Positions 48,279-58,504 of a DNA stretch of 64,000 nt are shown piece by piece. The DNA comes from an uncultured Candidatus Saccharibacteria bacterium (GTDB lineage: Bacteria > Patescibacteriota > Minisyncoccia > Portnoybacterales > UBA2143), in contig CAZQUN010000001.1 in the NCBI GenBank assembly GCA_964596615.1, forward strand, positions 1,750 through 65,749, in the 5' to 3' direction. Within the stretch, counting starts at the first letter, position 1, and each line of letters begins with the position of its first letter. A program made the position numbers and the translations under genes. The notes beneath the pieces were generated by a model. It worked only from the letters and a program-made list of their open reading frames with translations. It was not told the DNA's origin and did not search any database.

Positions 48279-49014
48279 TTTAGAATTTTGGTATAACAGC
48301 AAATTCTTAAAAAAATATTTATCTCAAAATGAAGACCCACCCAACGACTATGTCAGAGAATCTGTTGAGCCAATTCTTAATCTTTTGAAACAACACAATC
48401 AAAAAGTGACTTTTTTTGTTTTGGGACAAATTGCAGAAAGACACCCGGAATTAATTAAAAAGATATTTCAATCAGGACATGAGATTGCTTCTCATGGATA
48501 TTCTCATACAATTCTATCCCAATTAGGAAAAGATGGCTTTGAAAGAGAAATTGAAAAAACCAATCAGATAATCGAACAAATCATTGGCCAAAAACCGACT
48601 GGATTCCGGGCACCCAATTTTTCTCTTAACAATAAAACTAAATGGGCTTTTGATATCCTAAAAAAGCATGGCTTTAAATACGACTCAAGCATTCATCCTT
48701 TTTCGTTTAAAAAGAATTTCCAATATTCCCTAAAAGAACTACCTCCTTCTTTGGGAGGAATATATTTCCGGGCTTTCCCCTTTTGGTTTTATCTTATTCT
48801 AGTCAGAATATTCTCTAAAACCGATTCCCCAGTTATCTACTTACATCCCCATGAATTATTCGATTCAGCCCCAAGAATAGAATCAGCCCCTCGGTTTCTA
48901 AAAAAAATCAAATACTGGGGAACCAAAAGCGCTTTAGATAAATTTGAGAAACTATTAAAAAAATTCAAGTGTATTTCAATAAAGGAACACCTTAATGAAA
49001 GTACTCCTAATTAG
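48244..49014 (+). CDS. Polysaccharide deacetylase (CE4)
   Basis: TFDLE, TFFVLG, HEIASHGYSH, GFRAP, YDSS, YLHPHE. Confidence 0.9.
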   Translation: MLPKKKIILTFDLEFWYNSKFLKKYLSQNEDPPNDYVRESVEPILNLLKQHNQKVTFFVLGQIAERHPELIKKIFQSGHEIASHGYSHTILSQLGKDGFEREIEKTNQIIEQIIGQKPTGFRAPNFSLNNKTKWAFDILKKHGFKYDSSIHPFSFKKNFQYSLKELPPSLGGIYFRAFPFWFYLILVRIFSKTDSPVIYLHPHELFDSAPRIESAPRFLKKIKYWGTKSALDKFEKLLKKFKCISIKEHLNESTPN

Positions 49015-50407
49015 TCCGCCTAATCTTAATACAATTTCCAGTTGCATGCCTAAGGTTCTTGAAGAAGACCTTGATTTTTTGCCGCCTCTTGGGTTAATGT
49101 ATTTGGCTGGATATTTAACCGAAAAGACATCTCATCAAGCAAGTATTCTTGATTGCCAGGTAGAACAATTAAACTACCAGGATTTAAAGGAAAGAATATC
49201 TCAGGAAAATCCAGATGTTATTGGTATCACCGCCATGACTTTTACCCTAATTGACGTGATTAAAACCGCTCAATTAGCCAAAGAAACTAATCCGGAAATC
49301 AAGATTGTTTTAGGTGGTCCCCATGTTAATATTTATCCCAAAGAAACTTTGGCAATCAATGGAATTGATTTCCTCGTTCTTGGAGAAGGAGAAGAGCCAC
49401 TTGAAAAACTACTAGATAATATTAATCAAATCGAAGAACTTCGCCAAACAAAAGGGATTGTCTTTAAAGATGGGGACGAAATCATTAATACTGGCCATCA
49501 AGAGTTAATCAGAGATTTGGATTCTATCCCTTTCCCCAAAAGAGACCTTCTTCCTTATCAGAAGTATTTTTCAATTGTTTCTTCAAAAGCGCCAGTAACA
49601 ACAATGTTTACCAGCCGGGGCTGTCCTTTTCAGTGTCTTTTCTGCGACCGGCCCCATCTGGGAAAAATCTTCCGGGCCCGTTCAGCTAAAAATGTTGTCG
49701 ATGAAATGAAGGAATGCCAAGATATGGGCATTAAAGAAATTATCATCTACGACGATACTTTTGGAGTTAACCGGCAAAGAGTTCTAGATATTTGTTCTGA
49801 AATAAGGGAAAGGAGATTAACCATTGCTTGGGATGTCAGAACCAGAGTTGATACTGTTGACGAAGAAGTTTTAAAGGCGATGAAAAGTGCCAATTGCCAG
49901 AGAATTCACTACGGGGTAGAAGCTGGAACAGAAAAAATCCTTAAAATCCTTAAAAAAGGCATCAACTTGAAACAAATTAAAAATGCCTTTAAAATGACTA
50001 AGAAGATTGGCATTGAAACGATTGGGTATTTCATGATTGGCTCTCCTCGAGAAACAAAAGAAGATATTTTGGAAACAATTAAATTAACTAAAAAATTGAA
50101 TCCTGATTTTATTCATGTCTCTATAACGACTCCTTTCCCCGCGACCGGCCTCTACTTTCTCGGTCTAGAAAATAAAATTCTTCCCTACGATTACTGGAAA
50201 GAATTTGCTCAAAACCCTAAATCTGATTTTACTCCTCTTCCCTGGGAAGAAAATCTAAAAAAAGAAGAATTATTCCACCTTTTAAAACGGACTTACCGGT
50301 CCTTTTATTTCCGACCGAGATATATTATTAAAAGATTATCAAAACTTACCTCTTGGCAAGAGTTAAAAAATAAAATTAAAGCTGCCCTAAAATTATTAAG
50401 GGTTTAA
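48995..50407 (+). CDS. Cobalamin-binding radical SAM protein 1
   Basis: PPLGLMYLA, GGPH, GEGE, SRGCPFQCLFC, YDDTF, GVEAG. Confidence 0.92.
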   Translation: MKVLLISPPNLNTISSCMPKVLEEDLDFLPPLGLMYLAGYLTEKTSHQASILDCQVEQLNYQDLKERISQENPDVIGITAMTFTLIDVIKTAQLAKETNPEIKIVLGGPHVNIYPKETLAINGIDFLVLGEGEEPLEKLLDNINQIEELRQTKGIVFKDGDEIINTGHQELIRDLDSIPFPKRDLLPYQKYFSIVSSKAPVTTMFTSRGCPFQCLFCDRPHLGKIFRARSAKNVVDEMKECQDMGIKEIIIYDDTFGVNRQRVLDICSEIRERRLTIAWDVRTRVDTVDEEVLKAMKSANCQRIHYGVEAGTEKILKILKKGINLKQIKNAFKMTKKIGIETIGYFMIGSPRETKEDILETIKLTKKLNPDFIHVSITTPFPATGLYFLGLENKILPYDYWKEFAQNPKSDFTPLPWEENLKKEELFHLLKRTYRSFYFRPRYIIKRLSKLTSWQELKNKIKAALKLLRV

Positions 50408-50413
50408 CTATCT

Positions 50414-51082
50414 ATGAACAAAACTACTAAAATACATCAAAAAGAGTATTGGGAAAGAAAAGAATTGGCCAAAAGAAGATCTCCCAAGCATCCTGTTATA
50501 GCAGCTTATATTCTCCCAAAAATCAATGTGATCAGGCGCCATATTAATATAAACAAGCAAACCCGTCTTTTAGATGTTGGCTGTGGCAATGGCTTCTTCA
50601 CCTTTTATTTTGATAAAATCTGCGATGCTCACGGCGTAGATTATTCTGAAAAAATGCTGCAAATGAATCCTGTCAAAAAAAAATCCCTGATGGATGCCAA
50701 CAATCTGGAGTTTGAAGATAATTCCTTTGATGTGGTTTTTTGTCATTTCCTTCTGCACCATACCGATAATCCTGATAAAATAATTCAAGAAATGCGAAGG
50801 GTCTCTAAAAAATATGTTGTTATTCTTGAGCCAAATAGAAACAATCCTCCAGAATTTCTGTTTTCACTTATTGTCAAAGAGGAAAGAGGAGCCCTAAAAT
50901 TCTCGTTGGCCTATTTGAAAAAAATAGTCGCTAGAAATAAACTGCGAATCATAAGTTCGTTTTCGTATGGCATGATAGTTCCTAATAAAACTCCGACTTG
51001 GTTAATACCATTAACCAAGCTTTTCAACTTCAAACAACCATTCGGCATAACAAGCTTTGTTATAGCTGAAAAAAACAAATAG
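50414..51082 (+). CDS. Class I SAM-dependent methyltransferase
   Basis: LLDVGCGNG, FEDNSFDVV, LHH. Confidence 0.9.
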   Translation: MNKTTKIHQKEYWERKELAKRRSPKHPVIAAYILPKINVIRRHININKQTRLLDVGCGNGFFTFYFDKICDAHGVDYSEKMLQMNPVKKKSLMDANNLEFEDNSFDVVFCHFLLHHTDNPDKIIQEMRRVSKKYVVILEPNRNNPPEFLFSLIVKEERGALKFSLAYLKKIVARNKLRIISSFSYGMIVPNKTPTWLIPLTKLFNFKQPFGITSFVIAEKNK

Positions 51083-51084
51083 AA

Positions 51085-52533
51085 ATGAAAGTCCTATTAA
51101 TCAACCCACCATACATCAACTTTGAAGGAATGAAGGATTCTGGCGGGCATGCTATTCCTTTTAACCTGGCTTATCTAGCCGGCTATTTAAGAGATAAGAT
51201 TGACTGCCAAATTAAAATCCTCGATACAGAAGTCATGGCCCTGGACTATGACGGCATAAGAAAAGCAATTAAAAAAGAGGGGCAACAGGATGTTATTGGC
51301 TTTACCTGCCCTTCTCCGACTGTTAAACACGTCTTCAAGATATCAGAAATGATTAAAGAAGACCTAGGTTTTAATCCGGTTATTGTGGTCGGCGGAACTC
51401 ACCCGACTATCCTACCCAAAGAAATGCTTAAAAATCCCCATATTGATATTGCAGCTATCGGTGAAGGTGAGATTACTTTTTACGAAATAGTCAATGCCGT
51501 CAAAGAAAAGCGAGATGATTTTGAAAATATTAATGGGATTTACTACAAAAAGGGTGGTCAAATATTAAAGACCCCACCTCGAGATCTTATCCCTGACCTA
51601 GATGATATTCCTTTTCCAGCTCGCGATCTCTTTAATCTTAAGATGCATTACTCAGCTCCGACTAAAGTTGTTAGCTCCGAATTATCTTCGCCAATATTCA
51701 CTTCTCGAGGATGCGCCTTTGACTGCATCCATTGCGTTTCAAAAAGTGTCTGGAAGAGAAAAGTCAGGTATCGAAGCGCCAGAAATATTATCGCTGAAAT
51801 TGAAGAATGTATTAACAAACACAACATTAAAGAATTTAATATTCTTGATGAAAACTTTACCCTAAATAAGTCCAGATGCCTCGAAGTTTGCCAAGAGATC
51901 ATCAATAAAAAGCTACCAATTTACTGGGTTTGTTTTTCCAGAGCTGACACTATTGACGATGAAGTTGCTTCTATTATGGCTAAGGCCGGCTGCAGAAAGA
52001 TATCTTTCGGGCTTGAATCAGGTTCACAGAAAATATTGGATTTAATGAGAAAACAAAACACTGTTGAGCAAGGACGAAAGGCTATTGCCACAGCCAGAAA
52101 ATACGGCATCCAGCCTCACGCCAGTTTTATGTTCGGCAACATCGGCGAAACCAAAGAAACCATTAGGGAAACGATTGATTATGCTAAAAGCTTAGATCTT
52201 GATATTTCAACGTTTTTTATCACTTGTCCTGTCCCCGGTTCCGATCTCTACTATTACGCCAAGGACAATGGCTTTATCCCCGAAGGCACCCCTTGGGAAA
52301 TGTTTGCTCCTTTGACTGATAGAGAACCAATCCCGGTCCAAAGAAATCTTAGCCAGGAAGAACTAGTTTATTGGCAAAAAAAAGCTTTTCGAGAATTTTA
52401 TCTTCGCCCAAAATATGTTATCCAGCGACTAAAACAGCTTAAATCCAAAAACGCTCTTAAGATTACTTTGGCTGGCTTTAAGGTTTTGCTAAGAATCTTT
52501 TTTAAGCCAAAACCAAAAAATGATCAAAGATAA
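51085..52533 (+). CDS. Cobalamin-binding radical SAM protein 2
   Basis: LLINPP, GGTHPT, GEGE, SRGCAFDCIHC, GLESGS. Confidence 0.92.
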   Translation: MKVLLINPPYINFEGMKDSGGHAIPFNLAYLAGYLRDKIDCQIKILDTEVMALDYDGIRKAIKKEGQQDVIGFTCPSPTVKHVFKISEMIKEDLGFNPVIVVGGTHPTILPKEMLKNPHIDIAAIGEGEITFYEIVNAVKEKRDDFENINGIYYKKGGQILKTPPRDLIPDLDDIPFPARDLFNLKMHYSAPTKVVSSELSSPIFTSRGCAFDCIHCVSKSVWKRKVRYRSARNIIAEIEECINKHNIKEFNILDENFTLNKSRCLEVCQEIINKKLPIYWVCFSRADTIDDEVASIMAKAGCRKISFGLESGSQKILDLMRKQNTVEQGRKAIATARKYGIQPHASFMFGNIGETKETIRETIDYAKSLDLDISTFFITCPVPGSDLYYYAKDNGFIPEGTPWEMFAPLTDREPIPVQRNLSQEELVYWQKKAFREFYLRPKYVIQRLKQLKSKNALKITLAGFKVLLRIFFKPKPKNDQR

Positions 52534-53530
52534 ATTAATTTCATCAATATTTAAAAGGTCTAATTTTGGCAAGCTTTCTGACCTAATTGAAAAGAGCTTC
52601 TTTTTAAAAATCCCGTACAAGCTGATTAGCCAAAAAATGATCTCGTATGATTTTCCTGTTCATCTTTTTATCGAAACAACCAACGCCTGTAATCTCAAAT
52701 GCCAGTTTTGTGCCCGAACCGATAAAAAGTTCGAAATTGGCAGCATGGATTTTAATCTGTTCAAAAAGATAATTAACGAGGCCAAAGAATATGGACCAAG
52801 AACCTTTTCTCTTCATCTTTTCGGAGAACCGCTTTTAACCAAGAATATCTTTGAAATGATTGAATATATTAAGAAAGCTAATCAGAGCAATACTGTTTTT
52901 CTGACAACTAACGGAACCTTGCTTAACAAAGAAAACGCCAAGTCAATAATCAAAACTTCTGTTGACCGCCTTTCAATTAGCTTTCCCAGTGTTAAAAAAG
53001 AAAGCTATCAAAGAATTGCCGGTTTTGACCAATTAGAAAAAGTGGAAGAAAATATTAATGGTCTGATTGAATTAAAAAAAGAAAAAAAAGTCAATCACCC
53101 CCTTATTTATCTCCGAATGGTTTTAAACAAGGATAACTTTGACGAAAAGAAAATTTTTGAAAAGAAATGGAAGAATAAGCCTGTTATTTCAGAAATCAGA
53201 GACGCTCATAATTTCGGTGGTTATTCTAAAGAATTCTCCCTTAGGAAAGGGCAAACTAAAAAAATCAAAAGATATCCCTGTTATCATCTTTGGTTTTCAC
53301 CGGCTATTCATTTCAACGGTGACTTTTCCATCTGTTGTGATGACTGGGGCAAAAAAACTGTTTTAGGAAACGTCAAAAACCAAACCATTAATCAAATTTG
53401 GAATTCAAAAAAAATTAACCAATACCGCCAGGCTCACATGAGAGGCAAATATGATAAGGTCCCTCTTTGTCAAGGATGCGATGTTTGGACAATGTATCAA
53501 GACATTTTCTTTGACTGGCAAAAAAAATGA
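52520..53530 (+). CDS. Radical SAM protein with SPASM/twitch domain
   Basis: CNLKCQFC, GEPLL, TTNG; C-terminal PCYHLW...G...CCDD...LGN...CQGC. Confidence 0.9.
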   Translation: MIKDKLISSIFKRSNFGKLSDLIEKSFFLKIPYKLISQKMISYDFPVHLFIETTNACNLKCQFCARTDKKFEIGSMDFNLFKKIINEAKEYGPRTFSLHLFGEPLLTKNIFEMIEYIKKANQSNTVFLTTNGTLLNKENAKSIIKTSVDRLSISFPSVKKESYQRIAGFDQLEKVEENINGLIELKKEKKVNHPLIYLRMVLNKDNFDEKKIFEKKWKNKPVISEIRDAHNFGGYSKEFSLRKGQTKKIKRYPCYHLWFSPAIHFNGDFSICCDDWGKKTVLGNVKNQTINQIWNSKKINQYRQAHMRGKYDKVPLCQGCDVWTMYQDIFFDWQKK

Positions 53531-54192
53531 AACTATTAACCCAAGAAGATTTAAAACCATTAGTTCAGGCCGACCCAAATCAGATGATATATTCCATCGA
53601 TAGCTATTTCAAGCCAATCAGAAAAATTCTTTTTCGGAAAAGATTAAAAATGGTTTTAAAATTAATGGGAAACAAAGAATATCAGAACTTCTTGGATATT
53701 GGCCTTGGTAGCGGCATATTTCTTCCGGAATTATCCAGTCGAACCAAAAAACTAACTGCCACTGATACTCACAAAAACATTGAAGTCGTTAAAAATATTA
53801 TTAACTCAAAAAATATTTCGGCCAATCTGTTGAAAGCCGATGTTCGTCAAATGCCTTTTGAAGATAATAGTTTTGATGGTATTCTCTGTTTAAGTGTCTT
53901 AGAATTTGTTTCAGATATTAATCAGGCCATTAAGGAAATTAAAAGGGTTGCCAGGCCAAAAGCCAAAATTATCATTGGCATCCCAGTTTTTAACCCAATC
54001 ACCGACCTTTGTTACAAAATGATTGGATACAAGAAATATGCCGACTCTTTTCATAAATCAAATCACCAGATAATTATCAAAGCGATTAAAGAAAACCTCT
54101 CGATTAAAAAAATCAAAACTTATCCCTTTTTTTTGCCAGTTAATTTATCTCTCTTTGTTGCCCTGGAAGCAACTAAAGTTGATTTTAATTAG
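53527..54192 (+). CDS. Class I SAM-dependent methyltransferase
   Basis: LDIGLGSG, MPFEDNSFD, LSVLE. Confidence 0.88.
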   Translation: MKLLTQEDLKPLVQADPNQMIYSIDSYFKPIRKILFRKRLKMVLKLMGNKEYQNFLDIGLGSGIFLPELSSRTKKLTATDTHKNIEVVKNIINSKNISANLLKADVRQMPFEDNSFDGILCLSVLEFVSDINQAIKEIKRVARPKAKIIIGIPVFNPITDLCYKMIGYKKYADSFHKSNHQIIIKAIKENLSIKKIKTYPFFLPVNLSLFVALEATKVDFN

Positions 54193-54213
54193 AAATCATT
54201 GTATAAATAAATT

Positions 54214-55083
54214 ATGGAAAAAAAGTTTTCAATCATTATCCCCCTATACAACGAGGGAGAATCTATCGAGCAAGTAATTGCTGATATCAGGAAACACTTG
54301 CCAGAAAATAGCTACGATTATGAAATTGTGGTTGTTAATGATGGTTCAACTGATAATAGCCAGGAGGTATTGAATAAAATAGATAACATTAAAATTATTA
54401 AATCCCCGGAAAACAAAGGTTATGGCGCATCAATTAAAAAAGGTATTAGTCAATCCGAAAGAGAATATATTGCCATCATAGATGCTGATGGAACCTATCC
54501 AGTCAAGGCCATGCCAGAATTAATCAAATACGCTAAGGATTATGATATGGTTTCTGGCCTTAGACGAGGTAAAAACCTAGACCAACGCTGGCTCTATTCC
54601 CAAAGAATAGGAAAGATGATCTTAAAGAAATTGGCTGGCTATGTAACTAAGACCGAAATCCCGGATATAAACTGCGGCTTAAGAATTTTTAGAAAAGATA
54701 TTGCTCAGCAGTTCTGGGGTCTTTATCCGGATGGATTCTCTTTTACGACAACTTCGCTAGTTGCTTTTATTTCCAACGGCTATCAGATTAAATTCATCCC
54801 GATTGAGTACCACAAGCGAATTGGCAAATCTACTCTTAAGCCGATGCGGAGCTTTACCGCCTTTGTTAATTTAATCTTAAAAATCAGTCTATTCTTTAAG
54901 CCAATCCGAGTTTTTCTACCAGCCAGTTTAATAATTCTTTTCTTTGCTGTTGGAATTACCGTCTATGGTATTTATTCTAAAGATGTTTTTTATGACACAA
55001 CCTTAATTCTTCTCTCGGCCATAGCTCTTCAAACATTTTTCTTTGGTCTTTTGGCAGAAATAATTGTTCATAATCGAAAATAA
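54214..55083 (+). CDS. GT2 glycosyltransferase (paralogue of 46031-46891)
   Basis: IIPLYNE, NDGSTD, NKGYGASIK, DADGTY, DINCGLR, PDGFSFTTT; two C-terminal TMs. Confidence 0.9.
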   Translation: MEKKFSIIIPLYNEGESIEQVIADIRKHLPENSYDYEIVVVNDGSTDNSQEVLNKIDNIKIIKSPENKGYGASIKKGISQSEREYIAIIDADGTYPVKAMPELIKYAKDYDMVSGLRRGKNLDQRWLYSQRIGKMILKKLAGYVTKTEIPDINCGLRIFRKDIAQQFWGLYPDGFSFTTTSLVAFISNGYQIKFIPIEYHKRIGKSTLKPMRSFTAFVNLILKISLFFKPIRVFLPASLIILFFAVGITVYGIYSKDVFYDTTLILLSAIALQTFFFGLLAEIIVHNRK

Positions 55084-56501
55084 TGAGAATTCTTCTTATT
55101 AACCCCAGTTTGCATCAAGTTGCGACTGGACAATATGAAAAAGATGTTGAAAAAGAAAGGGGCGTTTATCCGCCTCTTGGTTTGTTATACATCGCTTCTA
55201 TTTTAGAAAAGCATAATCACCAAGTTGTTTTAATTGATATTGATATTGAAGGAAAAGAAGCAGAAAACAGGATTAAAAGTGCCTACCAGGAACTCAATCC
55301 TGAAATGGTTGGCTTTTACGCAACAACCTGGGGCTATGCCCAAGCCAAAGATTTAGCCGAAAGGTTCAAACAGCTTAATCCTGAAATCATTACCGTCATT
55401 GGCGGACCAAATGTAACTTCCCTTCCCCGGGAATCACTCCAGCTAGGAAACTTTGACTTCGGAGTCATGAGCGAAGGAGAGGAAACAATTATTGAGCTAA
55501 TTGAGAAATTAGAAGGAAAAAAGAATTTAGAATTTGAACAAATCCTTGGTCTGGTCTTTAAAAAAGACGATCAGATTGTTATCAATCCTCCCCGACCTTT
55601 AATTGAGGATATGGACTCAATTCCTTTCCCAGCCCGACACCTTATTCCAGCCAAAAAATATTTTGATGTTTTTTCAAGAAACAAGCACTTTATTACAATT
55701 ATGGCAACAAGAGGATGTCCTTTTAATTGTCTTTTCTGTGACAGGAAAAACCGATTGGGCAGAAAATGGCGGGTCCGTTCTCCGGAAAATATCGCCCGGG
55801 AAATTAGACAAGTTATCAACGATTACGGCATCAGAGAATTCATGTTTTTTGACGACGACTTTATTGTCGACAAAAATTGGGGAACGAAGGTCTGTCAGGA
55901 ATTAAAACCTTTAAATATCATTTGGGAATGTCGTAACAGGGTTGATATGCTTGATGAAGAAATGCTTAAAGCCATGAAAGAAGCTGGCTGTTACCGAGTT
56001 CGCCTTGGATTTGAATCAGGCGATAACCATGTTTTAAGGGTCTTAAAAAAAGGCATTACTGCTGAACAATCCCTGGCCTGCGCTAAGCTCTGCCAGAAAA
56101 TTGGCATTGAGGTTTTCGGTTACTTCATGATGGGCCTGCCTGAAGAAACTCCTCAGGCAATTAAAAGAACAATTGATTTAGCTTTAAAAATTGACCCGAG
56201 CTTTGCCATTTTTAGTAAAACCAGGATTCCTCCTGCTAGCGATCTTTTTGACTATGCTGTCAGAACCAATCAAATCAAAAAAGACCACTGGCAAAAATAT
56301 TTAGCTGAAGAAGAATCAAACGGAGCCCCAGCCCTTTCAACCAAAGAATTATCAGAAGAGATGGTTAATCAGTATCTTAAAAAGGCCATCAGAAAATTTT
56401 ACTTTCGCCCGGGATATATTATTAAAAGAATTTTATCGGTTAAAAGTTTTCGTCATTTAATCAGCCAAGCCAGGATTGGCTTCGCTCTTCTATTCAAATG
56501 A
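55083..56501 (+). CDS. Cobalamin-binding radical SAM protein 3
   Basis: YPPLGLLYIA, GGPN, EGEE, TRGCPFNCLFC, FDDDF, GFESG. Confidence 0.92.
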   Translation: MRILLINPSLHQVATGQYEKDVEKERGVYPPLGLLYIASILEKHNHQVVLIDIDIEGKEAENRIKSAYQELNPEMVGFYATTWGYAQAKDLAERFKQLNPEIITVIGGPNVTSLPRESLQLGNFDFGVMSEGEETIIELIEKLEGKKNLEFEQILGLVFKKDDQIVINPPRPLIEDMDSIPFPARHLIPAKKYFDVFSRNKHFITIMATRGCPFNCLFCDRKNRLGRKWRVRSPENIAREIRQVINDYGIREFMFFDDDFIVDKNWGTKVCQELKPLNIIWECRNRVDMLDEEMLKAMKEAGCYRVRLGFESGDNHVLRVLKKGITAEQSLACAKLCQKIGIEVFGYFMMGLPEETPQAIKRTIDLALKIDPSFAIFSKTRIPPASDLFDYAVRTNQIKKDHWQKYLAEEESNGAPALSTKELSEEMVNQYLKKAIRKFYFRPGYIIKRILSVKSFRHLISQARIGFALLFK

Positions 56502-57451
56502 AAATCCTAAAAGAATTTTCTCGGCACTGGTATATCATTATCGGCATTCTAATCTTTCTCTATATTGTTTTCTACAAGATAAATTTAAGGGAAGTTTTTA
56601 GCATACTCGCTCAGGCCAATCCATATTCCATCCTCTTGGCTGCCTTTTTTACGATTTTAATGATTACCCTTCAGCCAATTAGGTGGAATTACTTAAAAAG
56701 AATTCAGGATATTAAGTATTCTCATAAGGATTCTTTTTTAATTTATAACGCTGGATTTTTCTTTTCATCAATTACTCCTGGAAGAGTTGGTGACTTTATT
56801 AAAGTTTTTTATTTGAAAAAAGATGGTCATTCAATCGGAAAGTCAATGGTTAGTATTACGATCGATAGAGTGGCTGATGTTCTTTTTCTTTTTCTCCTCG
56901 GATATTTTAGTCTCCTTTTCTTCTTTCCCTCTTTTCGAAAAGAAATTATTCTTCTAACCTTTCTTTCTCTAATTATCTTGGGAATCTTTGTCTTTTTCAG
57001 AAAAAACGGGCTTTTAAAAATCCTTTTTAACAGGGTTTCCAAGATAATAATTCCATCTAAATATCAAAAATCCTGGCATTTGAATTACCAGGATTTCATT
57101 AATGGCCTAAAGGAGTATCGATTCAAAAATTATTTTATCCTTCTTCTTTTCACCATTCTTAACTGGTTTTTCTATTATACCTCGATGTATTTTCTGGCTA
57201 AAAGCATTAATTTGGACAATATTCCTCTTTTTTACTTCGTCGGCTCGGTTGCCTTAGCTGCTTTAGCAGTCCTGATTCCAATTTCAATTTTTGGACTAGG
57301 AACCAGAGATGCAACTCTTCTGTTTTTCTTTTCTGCTGTTGGCATCAGTCCGGAGAAAACAATTGGCTTTTCAACTCTCTTTCTTTTGATTCTCCTGATG
57401 GCAACCCTAATTGGTTTTCTGGCCTGGTTGAAAAAACCATTAAAGTTTTAA
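56498..57451 (+). CDS. Flippase-like membrane protein (LPG synthase TM / AglD2-like)
   Basis: RW, TPGRVGDFIK, DRVAD, PISIFGLGTRD; about 8 TMs. Confidence 0.85.
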   Translation: MKILKEFSRHWYIIIGILIFLYIVFYKINLREVFSILAQANPYSILLAAFFTILMITLQPIRWNYLKRIQDIKYSHKDSFLIYNAGFFFSSITPGRVGDFIKVFYLKKDGHSIGKSMVSITIDRVADVLFLFLLGYFSLLFFFPSFRKEIILLTFLSLIILGIFVFFRKNGLLKILFNRVSKIIIPSKYQKSWHLNYQDFINGLKEYRFKNYFILLLFTILNWFFYYTSMYFLAKSINLDNIPLFYFVGSVALAALAVLIPISIFGLGTRDATLLFFFSAVGISPEKTIGFSTLFLLILLMATLIGFLAWLKKPLKF

Positions 57452-58504
57452 GAAATTCTTTATCAAAATCGGCCAATTAGAAGGATTGTTGACTAAACTG
57501 CTTTGAATTGCGTTCTCAAAAGTACAAGCGCATTTCTTATCCTTAATATATTTTAAAGTTTTCCTAGCCCTTTCGGTTGAAAGGACTTTTTTAATATCAT
57601 AATTAAAATCTTTTAAATTGCCGAAATCAGCATCGAGAATTTCACAAGGCCTGACCAGGCCATCTTCTGAAATGACGACCATTTCCTTTCCAGCCGAACA
57701 AACGTGTTTTCTTTTTCCTGTTCTAAGAAATCCTTCAATAATTTCCCTGGTTGCCATCTTATTCGCCGCCATAAGCCGGGAAAAAGCAAAGCCAGAACTA
57801 AAATTTTCTTTTTCCTTATTAACCATATCAGCAATCTGATGATAATCTTTATCAGAAAGATTACTAGTCCCGACCTCTCTAACACTTCCTCTTGCCCAGG
57901 AAAAATTAAAATCAGCCAAAGGCATTTCATTTCTGACAAAATTCATTACTTCCTTAACTTTGGTGTAGTTTTTGGTTGAAACCGTCATGTTAATCAGTAT
58001 TTCAAAGTCCTTAACGTTCTTTTTTAATTCAACCAGATTTCTGTAATTAACAACTACTTTTTCAAAACAGCCTTCCACTCTTCTGATCTTATTATGATCT
58101 TTGCCCAGGCCATCAAGAGAGAGACAAAGCTTTAAATATGGGTGCTTGGTTGTTTTAAGGATTTCTTCAACCATATCCTTTACCTTATCGACTAAAATAG
58201 AGTTAGTTGGAATGCTGATAAATTGAACTTTATTATTTCTGTCAAAAATTCGGGCGATTTCGGGCAAATCATTTCTTAAGGTCGGCTCGCCGCCAGTTAA
58301 AGTAACATATTCCAATTGGCCGAAAGATTTGGAAATCCTTTCAATTTCATCCAAAGATAATTCCTTATTAATAGCGGCCTGATCAATTTCTTTCCAATAA
58401 AAGCACATTGCGCAACGAGCATTGCACCGGGCAGTGGTAAAGAAAATGATGTAGGTTGGTGTTTTAGAGAATAAGTTTCTAAAACCCTTTAAGTATTTAT
58501 TCAT
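57440..58504 (-). CDS. Radical SAM protein with twitch/SPASM domain
   Basis: CNARCAMC, TGGEP, SLDG; CSAG...G.VRPCE...CAC. Confidence 0.9.
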   Translation of the reverse strand: MNKYLKGFRNLFSKTPTYIIFFTTARCNARCAMCFYWKEIDQAAINKELSLDEIERISKSFGQLEYVTLTGGEPTLRNDLPEIARIFDRNNKVQFISIPTNSILVDKVKDMVEEILKTTKHPYLKLCLSLDGLGKDHNKIRRVEGCFEKVVVNYRNLVELKKNVKDFEILINMTVSTKNYTKVKEVMNFVRNEMPLADFNFSWARGSVREVGTSNLSDKDYHQIADMVNKEKENFSSGFAFSRLMAANKMATREIIEGFLRTGKRKHVCSAGKEMVVISEDGLVRPCEILDADFGNLKDFNYDIKKVLSTERARKTLKYIKDKKCACTFENAIQSSLVNNPSNWPILIKNFLKL

